Shown here piece after piece: positions 29,202 to 38,733 of a DNA stretch of 64,000 nucleotides. Position 1 is the first letter of the stretch; each line of letters begins with the position of its first letter. The position numbers and the translations under genes are program-made. The notes beneath the pieces were generated by a model. That model searched no databases. It saw only the letters and a program-made list of their open reading frames with translations, and was not told the DNA's origin. Location of the stretch: positions 512,001-576,000 of the forward strand of contig CAWBEI010000002.1 of NCBI GenBank assembly GCA_963787835.1. Reading direction: 5' to 3'. Source of the DNA: Ignavibacteriota bacterium (GTDB taxonomy: Bacteria > Bacteroidota > Ignavibacteria > Palsa-1295).

Positions 29202-31283
29202 ATGCCGAATTTCAAACGCACCCTCATCACCGCCGCGCTACCGTATGCCAACGGACCGCTGCATATTGGCCATTTGGCTGGCTGCTATTTGCCCGCAGAT
29301 CTTTATGCGCGCTACAAACGGCTCGTCGGCGAAGAAGTCCTTTTTATCTGTGGCTCGGATGAGCATGGCGTACCCATCACGATCTCGGCCGATAAAGAAA
29401 AGGTCTCGCCGCAGGATATTGTTGATCGCTTCCACAATCTTAACAAAGCTTCATTCGAGAAGCTTGGAATTTCTTTCGATTATTACGCTCGCACGACCAG
29501 CCCGGTTCATCGTGAAACTTCACAAGAATTCTTTCTAACGCTATTCAATGGCGGCTTCCTTATTCCACGCGAGGAACCGCAGCTTTATGACGGAGTTGCA
29601 AAAATGTTCCTACCCGATCGCTATGTCGAAGGAACCTGTCCCGTCTGCTCGAACCCGAATGCGCGCGGTGACCAGTGTGAGAACTGCGGCACCTATCTCA
29701 ACCAAACGGAACTAATAAATCCACGCTCGAAAGTGACAGGGTCGATCCCTGTTGTTCGTCCGGCTAAACACTGGTATTTTGCTCTCTCGCGTTTTCAGAA
29801 AGAGTTAGAGCAATATATTGAATCGCATCACGATGATTGGAAGGAAAATGTTCTCCAAGCCGCTCGGAGTTGGCTGAAAACCGGACTGCAAGACCGCCCC
29901 ATCACCCGCGACCTCACATGGGGCGTACCCGTACCGCTTCCAGATGCTGAAGGCAAAGTGCTCTATGTGTGGTTCGATGCGCCCATCGGTTATATTTCTG
30001 CAACGAAAGAAGCAGTAGGCAATGACAACTGGCGCACATGGTGGCAGGATGATGCAACACAATGGATCACATTCCTCGGAAAGGATAATATTGTTTTTCA
30101 TACGATCCTTTTTCCGGCCATGCTTTTGGCCCACAATAATGCCGACAAAAGTCATCGTTTTATCCTTCCCGAGAATGTTCCTGCAAACGAGTGGATGAAT
30201 CTGGAAGGCCAAAAACTTTCGAAATCGCGCGGATGGACAGTTGAATTGCATGAAATCGGACAACGATATTCTCCTGATGTGATTCGTTATGCGTTCGCCA
30301 CCATGCTCCCAGAGCAAAAAGATTCCGATTTCCAGTGGAAGGAATTCCAGGCGCGTGCGAACAATGAGCTTGCAGATATTTTTGGGAATTTTGCAAATCG
30401 TGTACTTACCTTCGCTTCCAGGCATTTCGAGAACAAGATCATGGGCAATCGCAAGGAGCTTGATACTGAAGGCCAGGCCCTGCTCGATGGATTTGGCGTT
30501 CGAGCAAAGGAGATCGCCGGAATGTACGAGCGTTTCCGCCTGCGCGATGCAACTGCGGCTACAATGGATCTTGCTCGTTCGGCCAATAAGTATTTTAACG
30601 ATGCGGCACCGTGGAAACTTATCAAAGACGATCGGGCACATGCTGCGCAAGTTATTCGCTCATGCATTGAAGCAGTTCGCGCACTTGCGGTATATTTTGC
30701 GCCGATCACGCCCAACGCCAGCGCGCAATTATTGAAAACGCTTGGAGTAAACGCAACCGAAGAAAATTGGTCGAATGCGCATGAGGCAAAACTACATGGA
30801 CAAACAGAACTTGGCCCCATCGAAATTTTATTCCCAAAGATCGAGGATGAAACTGTGATCGAAGAAATTAAACGACTTGAAACAATGGCGGAAGGTGTAA
30901 CAACGCGCGAAGTTGCTGCGGCTGTCGCTACTAAACCAGTAGCCACGCAGGAATCGGGACTTATCACCATCGACGATTTCAAAAAGATAAAACTTCGCAC
31001 CGCAAAAATTCTCGAAGCAGAGCGTGTGCCGAAATCGAAAAAGCTGATAAAGTTACAAATCGTTTTAGGCGAAGAAAAACGCCAGATCGTTGCTGGAATT
31101 GGCGAGAAATTTACACCCGAAGAGCTGATCGGCAAAACGATCGTCGTCGTTGCAAATCTTCAGCCCGCAAAACTCATGGGTCAGGAATCGAACGGGATGC
31201 TGCTGGCAGTGAATGATGAGAGTGGGCCAGTTTCACTTATCACAAGCGAGGTCGAAGTAGCAAGCGGACTTGAAGTCCGATAA
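29202..31283 (+). CDS. metG: Methionine--tRNA ligase
   Basis: ALPYANGPLHIGH, Zn knuckle, KLSKS, C-terminal tRNA-binding domain. Confidence 0.98.
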   Translation: MPNFKRTLITAALPYANGPLHIGHLAGCYLPADLYARYKRLVGEEVLFICGSDEHGVPITISADKEKVSPQDIVDRFHNLNKASFEKLGISFDYYARTTSPVHRETSQEFFLTLFNGGFLIPREEPQLYDGVAKMFLPDRYVEGTCPVCSNPNARGDQCENCGTYLNQTELINPRSKVTGSIPVVRPAKHWYFALSRFQKELEQYIESHHDDWKENVLQAARSWLKTGLQDRPITRDLTWGVPVPLPDAEGKVLYVWFDAPIGYISATKEAVGNDNWRTWWQDDATQWITFLGKDNIVFHTILFPAMLLAHNNADKSHRFILPENVPANEWMNLEGQKLSKSRGWTVELHEIGQRYSPDVIRYAFATMLPEQKDSDFQWKEFQARANNELADIFGNFANRVLTFASRHFENKIMGNRKELDTEGQALLDGFGVRAKEIAGMYERFRLRDATAATMDLARSANKYFNDAAPWKLIKDDRAHAAQVIRSCIEAVRALAVYFAPITPNASAQLLKTLGVNATEENWSNAHEAKLHGQTELGPIEILFPKIEDETVIEEIKRLETMAEGVTTREVAAAVATKPVATQESGLITIDDFKKIKLRTAKILEAERVPKSKKLIKLQIVLGEEKRQIVAGIGEKFTPEELIGKTIVVVANLQPAKLMGQESNGMLLAVNDESGPVSLITSEVEVASGLEVR

Positions 31284-31284
31284 C

Positions 31285-32046
31285 CTACTTCTTCAAAAAA
31301 TTCGCTATCCCCTTCTTCGTATCCTCCGTCCCACGCGCGAGCGCATTCATGCTCGCAGCATATTCCAATCCTGCTTCGAGGCTCATCCCATGCTGCGCGG
31401 CAAGCAGTGATTTTGTCAGCGCAATCGCGGATTGTGAATTCTTCGATACTTGTATTGCATATTGCTGAACCGCCGCTTCGAGCGAGCCGCACGGCACAAC
31501 ATATTGTGCAAGCCCCAGGGAATACGCTTCTTCCGCACTTATTTTTCTCGCGCTCAGGAGCAGTTCGCGTGCATGTTGCTCCCCAATTTTGCGAACGAGG
31601 AAGATCGAGACAAGCGCGGGAATAAATCCGATGGCGGTTTCGGTGTAACCGAATTCAGAATCATCGGCGGCGAAAATTACATCGCAGACGGTGGCGAGTC
31701 CACACCCACCTGCAAGAGCCGCGCCGTGAACTTGCGCGATGGTGAATTTCGGGAAGGTATAGATCTTCCACAACAGATCGCGCAGCCTGCGTGAATCGGC
31801 AAGATTTTCTTCCGGTCCATTCTCGGAGATCTTCTGAAGATAAGCCAGATCCGCGCCCGCGCTGAACGTATTGCCCTGCCCCTTGAGGATAACGACGCGA
31901 ACATCCTCGTCGCTTTTCAATTCATCGAACGCTTGCGATAGCTCGCCGAGAAGTTCCGGCGAAAGCGCGTTGCGTTTCTCCTCTCGCGTCATCGTGATGG
32001 TGGCGAGGGGGTGGTTTTTTATGATGGTCAGGAGTTCGTATGGCAT
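31285..32046 (-). CDS. Enoyl-CoA hydratase family (methylglutaconyl-CoA hydratase-like)
   Basis: KRNALS, FSAGADL, ALAGGCGLATVCD. Confidence 0.92.
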   Translation of the reverse strand: MPYELLTIIKNHPLATITMTREEKRNALSPELLGELSQAFDELKSDEDVRVVILKGQGNTFSAGADLAYLQKISENGPEENLADSRRLRDLLWKIYTFPKFTIAQVHGAALAGGCGLATVCDVIFAADDSEFGYTETAIGFIPALVSIFLVRKIGEQHARELLLSARKISAEEAYSLGLAQYVVPCGSLEAAVQQYAIQVSKNSQSAIALTKSLLAAQHGMSLEAGLEYAASMNALARGTEDTKKGIANFLKK

Positions 32047-32062
32047 AGATAATAAATATTAC

Positions 32063-32878
32063 TTAGAAGTCAAGCGAGAGTGTAAGTGACGCATTCTCAT
32101 CCCCAAATGAGGGATAAGAGTTCGTTCTATATGTCCACCAAAACTCAAAAAGAAAATGGAGCCTACAAAACTCCAGACCATTGAATGCAACTGGCCCACC
32201 TGTTGATAAAAATATTATCGGCTCGGCGTAGAAAGCAAATTGGGATGAAGTTTCGTGAGCAGAGGATATTTGTGCGGAATCGTATTGTATAAATTCATAA
32301 TTCGTTACATTTCGGCTCAGACTATACAACCGCTCATATCCGATGCCGAGACCGACACCGCCGCTGGCACCATCGCTACCACCAATCCCAATATTCTGCT
32401 GTATACCTAAACGAAAGACATGTAATGATGTTGTGTCAGTGTACCCTGATGAGGAGGAATATGGAGAGTTATAACGCACATAACTTATCTGATCGGAGCC
32501 CGTTCCAAGCCCTGCAAGTAAATAGGCTTCGTAATGTGCCCAATGAATGGTATCGTAATATCCTAGGCCGATCTCTCCAAAACGATTATTATAGTTTTGA
32601 GGATTAGCCGGTGCTTCTCCAGCCCAAGCAAGACCAGAGAATCGATCAAACTGAAAAGCTGCATAAGTGGCAATGTGATCCCATGGAGCATACACTGCTT
32701 CACAATCAAAACCACTCGCATATGGGAAATCAACTCCTCCGCTCATATTCAATTCACCTTGATGAGTAATCAATGGCGCGGGTGGACGATTCGGTACATA
32801 AGACTGAGAAATGCATCCGCTTGAAAATGGAAGCAGAATCAAGAGAATTGCAACATTGCGTAGGTTCTCCATCTTCAA
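32063..32878 (-). CDS. Hypothetical lipoprotein/outer-membrane protein
   Basis: Lipobox-like FSSGC; aromatic strands; C-terminal F. Confidence 0.7.
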   Translation of the reverse strand: MKMENLRNVAILLILLPFSSGCISQSYVPNRPPAPLITHQGELNMSGGVDFPYASGFDCEAVYAPWDHIATYAAFQFDRFSGLAWAGEAPANPQNYNNRFGEIGLGYYDTIHWAHYEAYLLAGLGTGSDQISYVRYNSPYSSSSGYTDTTSLHVFRLGIQQNIGIGGSDGASGGVGLGIGYERLYSLSRNVTNYEFIQYDSAQISSAHETSSQFAFYAEPIIFLSTGGPVAFNGLEFCRLHFLFEFWWTYRTNSYPSFGDENASLTLSLDF

Positions 32879-32894
32879 TCATACTTACATAATC

Positions 32895-34025
32895 CTACCC
32901 CGCAAAATTCGTCACCTCTTCGATCAGTGTGGAAACTATATCTTCTTCCTTAATGCGGCGGATCATCACGCCTTTGCGATAAAGAATGCCAACCCCTTTA
33001 CCGGCGGCTATGCCAATATCGGCTTCGGAGGCTTCGCCGGGGCCATTTACCACGCATCCAAGCAATGCAACTTTCACCGGCTTCTTGATATGCGCGACGG
33101 CTGCTTCTAACTCTCGGGTAACTTTAAATAGATCAATCTCCAAACGCCCGCACGTTGGGCAGGCGATGATCTCGACATTCCGCGATGTTAATCCGAGCGT
33201 ACGCAGAATTTCCTTGCCGGTCTCGACTTCTTTCTCAGGCTCATCGGTAAGGGAAACGCGAATGGTATCGCCAATGCCATCTGCAAGTAGTGCACCAATT
33301 CCCACCGAAGATTTGATCGAGCCAACGCGCGTCGTGCCAGCCTCGGTCACACCAAGATGCAACGGATAATCCGTGCGCTGTGCAACGAGCCGATAGGCAT
33401 CGATCATGAGCCGCACATCCGTCGATTTTACACTGATGATGACGTCCTGAAAATCAAAATCCTCGCAAATTTTGACATGGCGCATCGCGGATTCGTACAG
33501 CGCCTCGGCAGTCGGATAGCCATGCTTATCCAAAATATCTTTTTCCAGCGAACCGGAGTTCACGCCAATGCGAATGGGAATCCTTTTCTCTTTCGCTTTA
33601 CCGAGCACTTCATGGATACGCTCGATCTTGCCAATATTGCCAGGATTGAGCCTTACTTTCGCGACATTTCCTTCAATTGCCTTTAATGCAAACACATGAT
33701 TGAAATGAATATCGGCAACAACGGGAATATTCGATTGACGAACGATCTCGCCAATGGCTTCGGCTGCTTCCCAATCGTTGACGGTCACACGCGCGATGTC
33801 GCAACCGGCTTCTTCCATGCGTGCGATCTGCGCAACGGTTGCATCGACGTCGCTCGTCTTCGTTTTCGTCATGGACTGCACGGAGATCGGCGCGCCATCG
33901 CCAACGGGAATGTTCCCGATCATCACGCGCCGCGATTTGCGGCGCTGGTGCAACGCAGCGTCCTCATGGACATTCGGGGAATGACCGTTCGTCGTTGCCG
34001 ATAGGATGGGAAGTATTGAGTCCAA
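32895..34025 (-). CDS. ispG: HMBPP synthase IspG
   Basis: ISVQSMT, VADIHF, RLNPGNIG, CPTCGR, GCVVNGPGE. Confidence 0.97.
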   Translation of the reverse strand: MDSILPILSATTNGHSPNVHEDAALHQRRKSRRVMIGNIPVGDGAPISVQSMTKTKTSDVDATVAQIARMEEAGCDIARVTVNDWEAAEAIGEIVRQSNIPVVADIHFNHVFALKAIEGNVAKVRLNPGNIGKIERIHEVLGKAKEKRIPIRIGVNSGSLEKDILDKHGYPTAEALYESAMRHVKICEDFDFQDVIISVKSTDVRLMIDAYRLVAQRTDYPLHLGVTEAGTTRVGSIKSSVGIGALLADGIGDTIRVSLTDEPEKEVETGKEILRTLGLTSRNVEIIACPTCGRLEIDLFKVTRELEAAVAHIKKPVKVALLGCVVNGPGEASEADIGIAAGKGVGILYRKGVMIRRIKEEDIVSTLIEEVTNFAG

Positions 34026-34047
34026 TGTATTAATTCGTAATTCGTAA

Positions 34048-35013
34048 TTATTTCTTCTCTTCCATTCTCCGAGAAGCCTCGAAAAGAATATCCCGCTCGT
34101 CGTTCGTGAGGTTTTGATACCCGGTCGCGGCGATCTTATCCAAAATGCGGTCTATCTCTTCCTGCGTAATCACCCGTGCTTGCTTCACATCCTGAATTTT
34201 GGTATCTGTTGCACGGGCGCCATAACTATCGATGTCCCGGTAATCGGCATCAACCACCCCACCTGGCTTTTTTCCAAAAAAGCCACCATTCTTCGGAGCA
34301 TTCGCTGAACCATTGCCCCATTGAGATTGAAGTGGCTTCTGACGCGAGGCAAGGATCTTACCGCCCGACATGATCAACATATAGACCATGCCCGTCACTG
34401 CACCGCCCAAATGTGCGAGATGCGCTACATTGTCTGACGAATTATACGTCGAATAAATTTCGATCGCGATCAAAATGGGAACGACAAACTTAGCGCGAAT
34501 GGGAATGAAGATCGGGAAAAAAATGAGTCGCATTTCTGGGAACATCACCCCGAACGCTACAAGCACTCCGAATATCGCACCTGATGCTCCGAGCATAGGA
34601 CCACCGCCCATCCCGAAAAATCCGGATAACAGCAAATGAGCCATTGCGCCGCCTAATCCGCATACAAAATAATAGATCACGAACCGCCTTGTACCCCATG
34701 CCTGCTCCACTTGCACTCCGACCCACCAGAGCATCAGCATATTAAAGAGAATATGCGTAAAACCCTCGTGAAGAAACATGTACGTGAAAAGCTGCCACGG
34801 AAGAAAATGCCCCGAATTAAGCGGCCAAAGTGCAAAATATTCTACAATGGCATCCCGGAGTGGAAGACCACCTGCGAAATGCAAATCGCCAAAAAGCAGC
34901 TCGATCAAGAAGATAGCTACATTGCTCCCAAGCAAGAATTTTATTCCTGCCGGAAACATCGAAAAGCCCGACATACGCGGGCGTTGATACTGCTGCTGTG
35001 GATTCCAGGCCAA
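34048..35013 (-). CDS. Rhomboid intramembrane protease with C-terminal DUF6576-like domain
   Basis: HILFNML, GASG, AHLGG, IDRILDKI...GY..LT..E. Confidence 0.93.
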   Translation of the reverse strand: MAWNPQQQYQRPRMSGFSMFPAGIKFLLGSNVAIFLIELLFGDLHFAGGLPLRDAIVEYFALWPLNSGHFLPWQLFTYMFLHEGFTHILFNMLMLWWVGVQVEQAWGTRRFVIYYFVCGLGGAMAHLLLSGFFGMGGGPMLGASGAIFGVLVAFGVMFPEMRLIFFPIFIPIRAKFVVPILIAIEIYSTYNSSDNVAHLAHLGGAVTGMVYMLIMSGGKILASRQKPLQSQWGNGSANAPKNGGFFGKKPGGVVDADYRDIDSYGARATDTKIQDVKQARVITQEEIDRILDKIAATGYQNLTNDERDILFEASRRMEEKK

Positions 35014-35190
35014 TTAAATTACGAATTTCGAATGACGAATTACGAACTGAGGATTCCGAATTTGGGCAAACACCGAACATTGAGGTTTCGCGCCATGAGA
35101 GATTACGACGATTCAGCAGATTAGTTATTGGGACTCTGAAACTGAATTCCATCTCATAAATCCCATTCATCCCATACATCCCGGTTCAGA

Positions 35191-35694
35191 TCATCCCATA
35201 AAAAGATACGGCTCCCAGTCCTTATCGACCCTGCCGATGAATTGCCGCAGGAACGTCACATGGTTCGGGCGGATGGGACGGCGGGCCAGCACCATCTGGG
35301 CTTCATCTGGCGTCTGGCTGCCTTTTACGTTATTGCACCGAATGCACGCGCTGACCAGATTTTCCCACGAATCCTCGCCACCACGGCTTTTCGGCATGAT
35401 GTGATCGACAGTGAGCGTAACGCTCGTCGCGCCGCAATATTGGCAGCGGTGACCATCCCGCCGCAGAATATTCTTCCTCGAAAGGATCACCTTCTTGAAT
35501 GGCACCCGAACATACGAGGATAGCCGGATCACGCTCGGAAAGGGCATCGTAACAGAGGTCGAGTGAACGGCCTTTCCCGTCATGCTGCTGACGAGTTCCG
35601 CCTTATCCAAATACAGCAAAATGATCGCCTTTTCGACATTTGTGATCGCTAATGGCTCGTAATTGCCATTGAGAATGAGGACCTTACCACCCAG
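35191..35694 (-). CDS. HNH endonuclease (conserved VLILNxxYEPL family)
   Basis: RRDGHRCQYCG, LTVDHIMPKSRGG, WENLVSACIRCN; the frame extends upstream to KVLILNGNYEPL. CTG start inferred. Confidence 0.85.
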   Translation of the reverse strand: MGGKVLILNGNYEPLAITNVEKAIILLYLDKAELVSSMTGKAVHSTSVTMPFPSVIRLSSYVRVPFKKVILSRKNILRRDGHRCQYCGATSVTLTVDHIMPKSRGGEDSWENLVSACIRCNNVKGSQTPDEAQMVLARRPIRPNHVTFLRQFIGRVDKDWEPYLFMG

Positions 35695-36085
35695 TTTGGA
35701 GTGCGCCTGACTAAATTCCTGATCGTCTTCGGGGGTGTCGAATAACCCCAGCGAGCGCGGCTGGGAGGAGCTAAACTTATGGCGATGCTCCGGAGATCGT
35801 GGGCGATGCTCCGCACCGGATCTCGTTCTTCGAGACCCTAACGATGCGGGTCGCTTATATTTGTGTGCTTCGAATGCGGCAGACTCCTTCTAATCACTAT
35901 TTGTAATGTTCCGAATGCGTCACCAGTTCCCCTAACCAAATTATGCTATTGTTGCCTATAAAAAAACGCATCTGAGCTTCCTGGACTTCTATCCTGCATT
36001 TCATGAATCCGAGCGTTTTCTTTCACCCCGAAACGCATGGTTCCCGTTTTTCATGCTTCATAATTCATACTTCATAATTTCCCCA

Positions 36086-36354
36086 GGAAATAGGTGCCAT
36101 TTCTTTTTCTTGTGAGTTCCCGGTTATCCACATCGCACCCATCGAAATTCGCTCATTTTTGCCATTCGTTGAAACAAGTATTCATAAAAGTCCCTTCACA
36201 CAGAACTCGTTCATAACGAAACCTACCACTAATTGTCAATGAACGACCTAAGCCCCTACTCTTAATTCGTAATTCTTAATTCTTAATTGATCAAGGTGCC
36301 TATCATCTCACCACCTAATATACGACACTTTTCTCGCCCGCCACGAAATTCCAA
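36086..36354 (-). other. Conserved dispersed non-coding element, copy B
   Basis: Reverse complement matches 22474-22731 in blocks. Confidence 0.75.
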
Positions 36355-36363
36355 TTTTCGGGA

Positions 36364-36451
36364 AGTCCCGTTAGGGACGGCCCGTTTGTAGAACGCGATT
36401 ATTTTTTTTGTATCAAGGTTCTACAAACGCGCCACGCCTACGACGTTGTCA
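36364..36451. repeat. REP-like palindrome, family of 2654-2799
   Basis: CGGCCCGTTTGTAGAA...TTCTACAAAC..GCCACGCCTACG. Confidence 0.75.
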
Positions 36452-36506
36452 TATATGCATCCAAAACAAATCCTATCCCCAATCCCGAAAATCCTGTGAA
36501 TCGTGG

Positions 36507-38564
36507 TCAATGCGCCACCACCACGCTCCGCGACTGCACATACCCTCCCGCCGACACCCGAACAAAATAGATTCCCGATGGAACGTTCGTTACATCGACC
36601 GAAATCCCATTGTGTAGGGACGTGCTGCGCACGTCCTGCCCCCTTCCTAACGCATCATACATTTCGATAACCGGCTGAACATTCCCCGATAGCTGCATCG
36701 TGATCTCATCCTGCGCCGGATTCGGCTGAATGCCCATAATGCTGAACGGTGCTCCTGAGTTCGAGGCAGTCACTGTATTTACCCCAGCCAGCGTATCAGC
36801 CACACCGACGCCAACGGCGCGGATCGTATCGACTTGAGCGGACTCGCCATCAAACCAATAGATGAATATACTTCCCCGCTCGGTATCCGCGATCGTGGGC
36901 TTGAAGGAAAGTGTGAATGACCTTGGAATGCTGCCCGGCGTAAAGCTCGTGGTGATATTTGTAAAACTAAAATCTTTAAATTGCGTGCTATCCGGATAAA
37001 AGATCATGCTATCAACGGTAGCCTGCTCGCAGCCATGCGCGGCGACCGTAAATGTATCTCGCTTGGTAGCAGCTTCGCGTAACTTTTGCGAACCGAAATC
37101 ATAAAGCGAATTTGTAATGAGATCGAGAAGACTGGGATTTGGCTGGATGACGAGTGTTACATGAAACGTCGTGTCAGCGTCTAAATAATCATCGTCGGTA
37201 TAATGAGTATGAATGGTGAGCGGATATGTGCCTGGTTTTTTCGGAAGGAACGTGACCCATGCCGAGTTTGCCTGACCGGTACTCCACGGATAATTCATGC
37301 TCGAAACAGAGTAGGTTGCTATGCTTGAATCGATACCATCAATTGTTACGTCTGTAAGCCCACCGTAGTCGTTCTTGTCTGCTATGAATTGAAGCCAGAG
37401 CGAAAGCGAGGCAGAGTCGCATAATTTAGTTACAAGCGAATCGCCGGAAGCACCGGCCATCAGAGTATGCCCTGTCGTCACCGTGGAATGCACCACCGAA
37501 GAAAGTGTCCCATCACCACCGTCCGTGGTTTTCCAAAGATTGTTTTGGTAATCGACCGCATAAACCACCGCGCCGTGACCTGTTACAGAGAGCGTTGCGC
37601 CAAAGTTAATATTATCGGGCCCCCCGACGTTCGTCCATGTCTCGCCATAATCAGTTGAGCGTTCCAATCCAATGTTGGCAGGCACACGTGTAGGAACGCT
37701 CGGGTCTTGTATTCCGCATTGAACATAAACCACAAAGCCATCACCGCCGCCTACATTGATATTAGTTCCAGCGACACCATTTCCAGTATCACGTGACCAT
37801 ACCGTAAAAAATGAGTATCCCCCGTCGGTGGAACGTTGAATAATGCTTCCATTAGAATATGGTGCAGATGCATCAAATGAAAAAATGTAATTGGGATTGT
37901 GTGGTATTGCATAATCAGACTCTCCTGGAGTATATCTGCCGGCTGAATTTTGCCATTCGATCCACGTCTGACCTAAATCCTGAGACGTAATGTTGATCTG
38001 TGAAACAAGAGATTCACGATTACCCGTGATAATTATCGACGAATTATTAGGATGCCATACCCAGGTCTTCCCTTGGTCTGTGGAATAACCATTAGGATAA
38101 AAAATTGCCGAACCAACTGCATAAAGTTGTCCATATTCGGTATCCGTTGAAATGTGTGACCAGGTATTTCCGCTGTCCAGCGTCTCGTAGATTCCTGCCA
38201 TTTCATCCTCAGGAATGTAGCCGCTGTAGTCAATGTACGGGTATGGCGCTGCACTCATATATCCCTGAGAAGGTGAAACGAAATACATACTACTAATCAG
38301 ACCCCAATGATTTTGGAGATTTCTATCCCCGAGATTCATCTTAATCCAATTCGTGCCGCCATCTGTCGTGCAGTAAACAGCAAGTGTGTCAGTGGCCCGC
38401 CAGCTCTCTCCTTGCCCAATGGTAAAGACAAAGCCATAATTCTCATTCAAAAAGTAAGTACCAATGTTTTGTTGGAACGATGCGATTTGTGTCCACTGCG
38501 AGTCTGCCCTGGAAGTGGCAAATAAAACCAACGAAAAAAGAAGGGATTTGACGAGGGTGCGCAT
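36507..38564 (-). CDS. BNR-repeat protein with T9SS CTD
   Basis: Signal peptide, TxDGGxxW repeats, IQPNPA...YDALGR...GIYFVRV. Confidence 0.88.
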   Translation of the reverse strand: MRTLVKSLLFSLVLFATSRADSQWTQIASFQQNIGTYFLNENYGFVFTIGQGESWRATDTLAVYCTTDGGTNWIKMNLGDRNLQNHWGLISSMYFVSPSQGYMSAAPYPYIDYSGYIPEDEMAGIYETLDSGNTWSHISTDTEYGQLYAVGSAIFYPNGYSTDQGKTWVWHPNNSSIIITGNRESLVSQINITSQDLGQTWIEWQNSAGRYTPGESDYAIPHNPNYIFSFDASAPYSNGSIIQRSTDGGYSFFTVWSRDTGNGVAGTNINVGGGDGFVVYVQCGIQDPSVPTRVPANIGLERSTDYGETWTNVGGPDNINFGATLSVTGHGAVVYAVDYQNNLWKTTDGGDGTLSSVVHSTVTTGHTLMAGASGDSLVTKLCDSASLSLWLQFIADKNDYGGLTDVTIDGIDSSIATYSVSSMNYPWSTGQANSAWVTFLPKKPGTYPLTIHTHYTDDDYLDADTTFHVTLVIQPNPSLLDLITNSLYDFGSQKLREAATKRDTFTVAAHGCEQATVDSMIFYPDSTQFKDFSFTNITTSFTPGSIPRSFTLSFKPTIADTERGSIFIYWFDGESAQVDTIRAVGVGVADTLAGVNTVTASNSGAPFSIMGIQPNPAQDEITMQLSGNVQPVIEMYDALGRGQDVRSTSLHNGISVDVTNVPSGIYFVRVSAGGYVQSRSVVVAH

Positions 38565-38733
38565 GATACGTTTTTCCTGAGAGGATGATGGAAGCTTTCT
38601 AATGAAGAGGTTCTTCCTATTGTTTAAAACGCGCTGGGTCGCTCGGGTTACAAAAATAATTTTATTATTTTTTAGAAATGCCCTTTAAAGCCTCAGAACG
38701 CTGATACCGCCTCCATAATTATTCGATCTGGGT

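Noticed and set aside
35191-36354. HNH plus upstream RNA as an IscB/HEARO-type system
   Set aside because: The protein is a short stand-alone HNH with no RuvC or PLMP motifs, and other copies of the element precede non-nuclease genes
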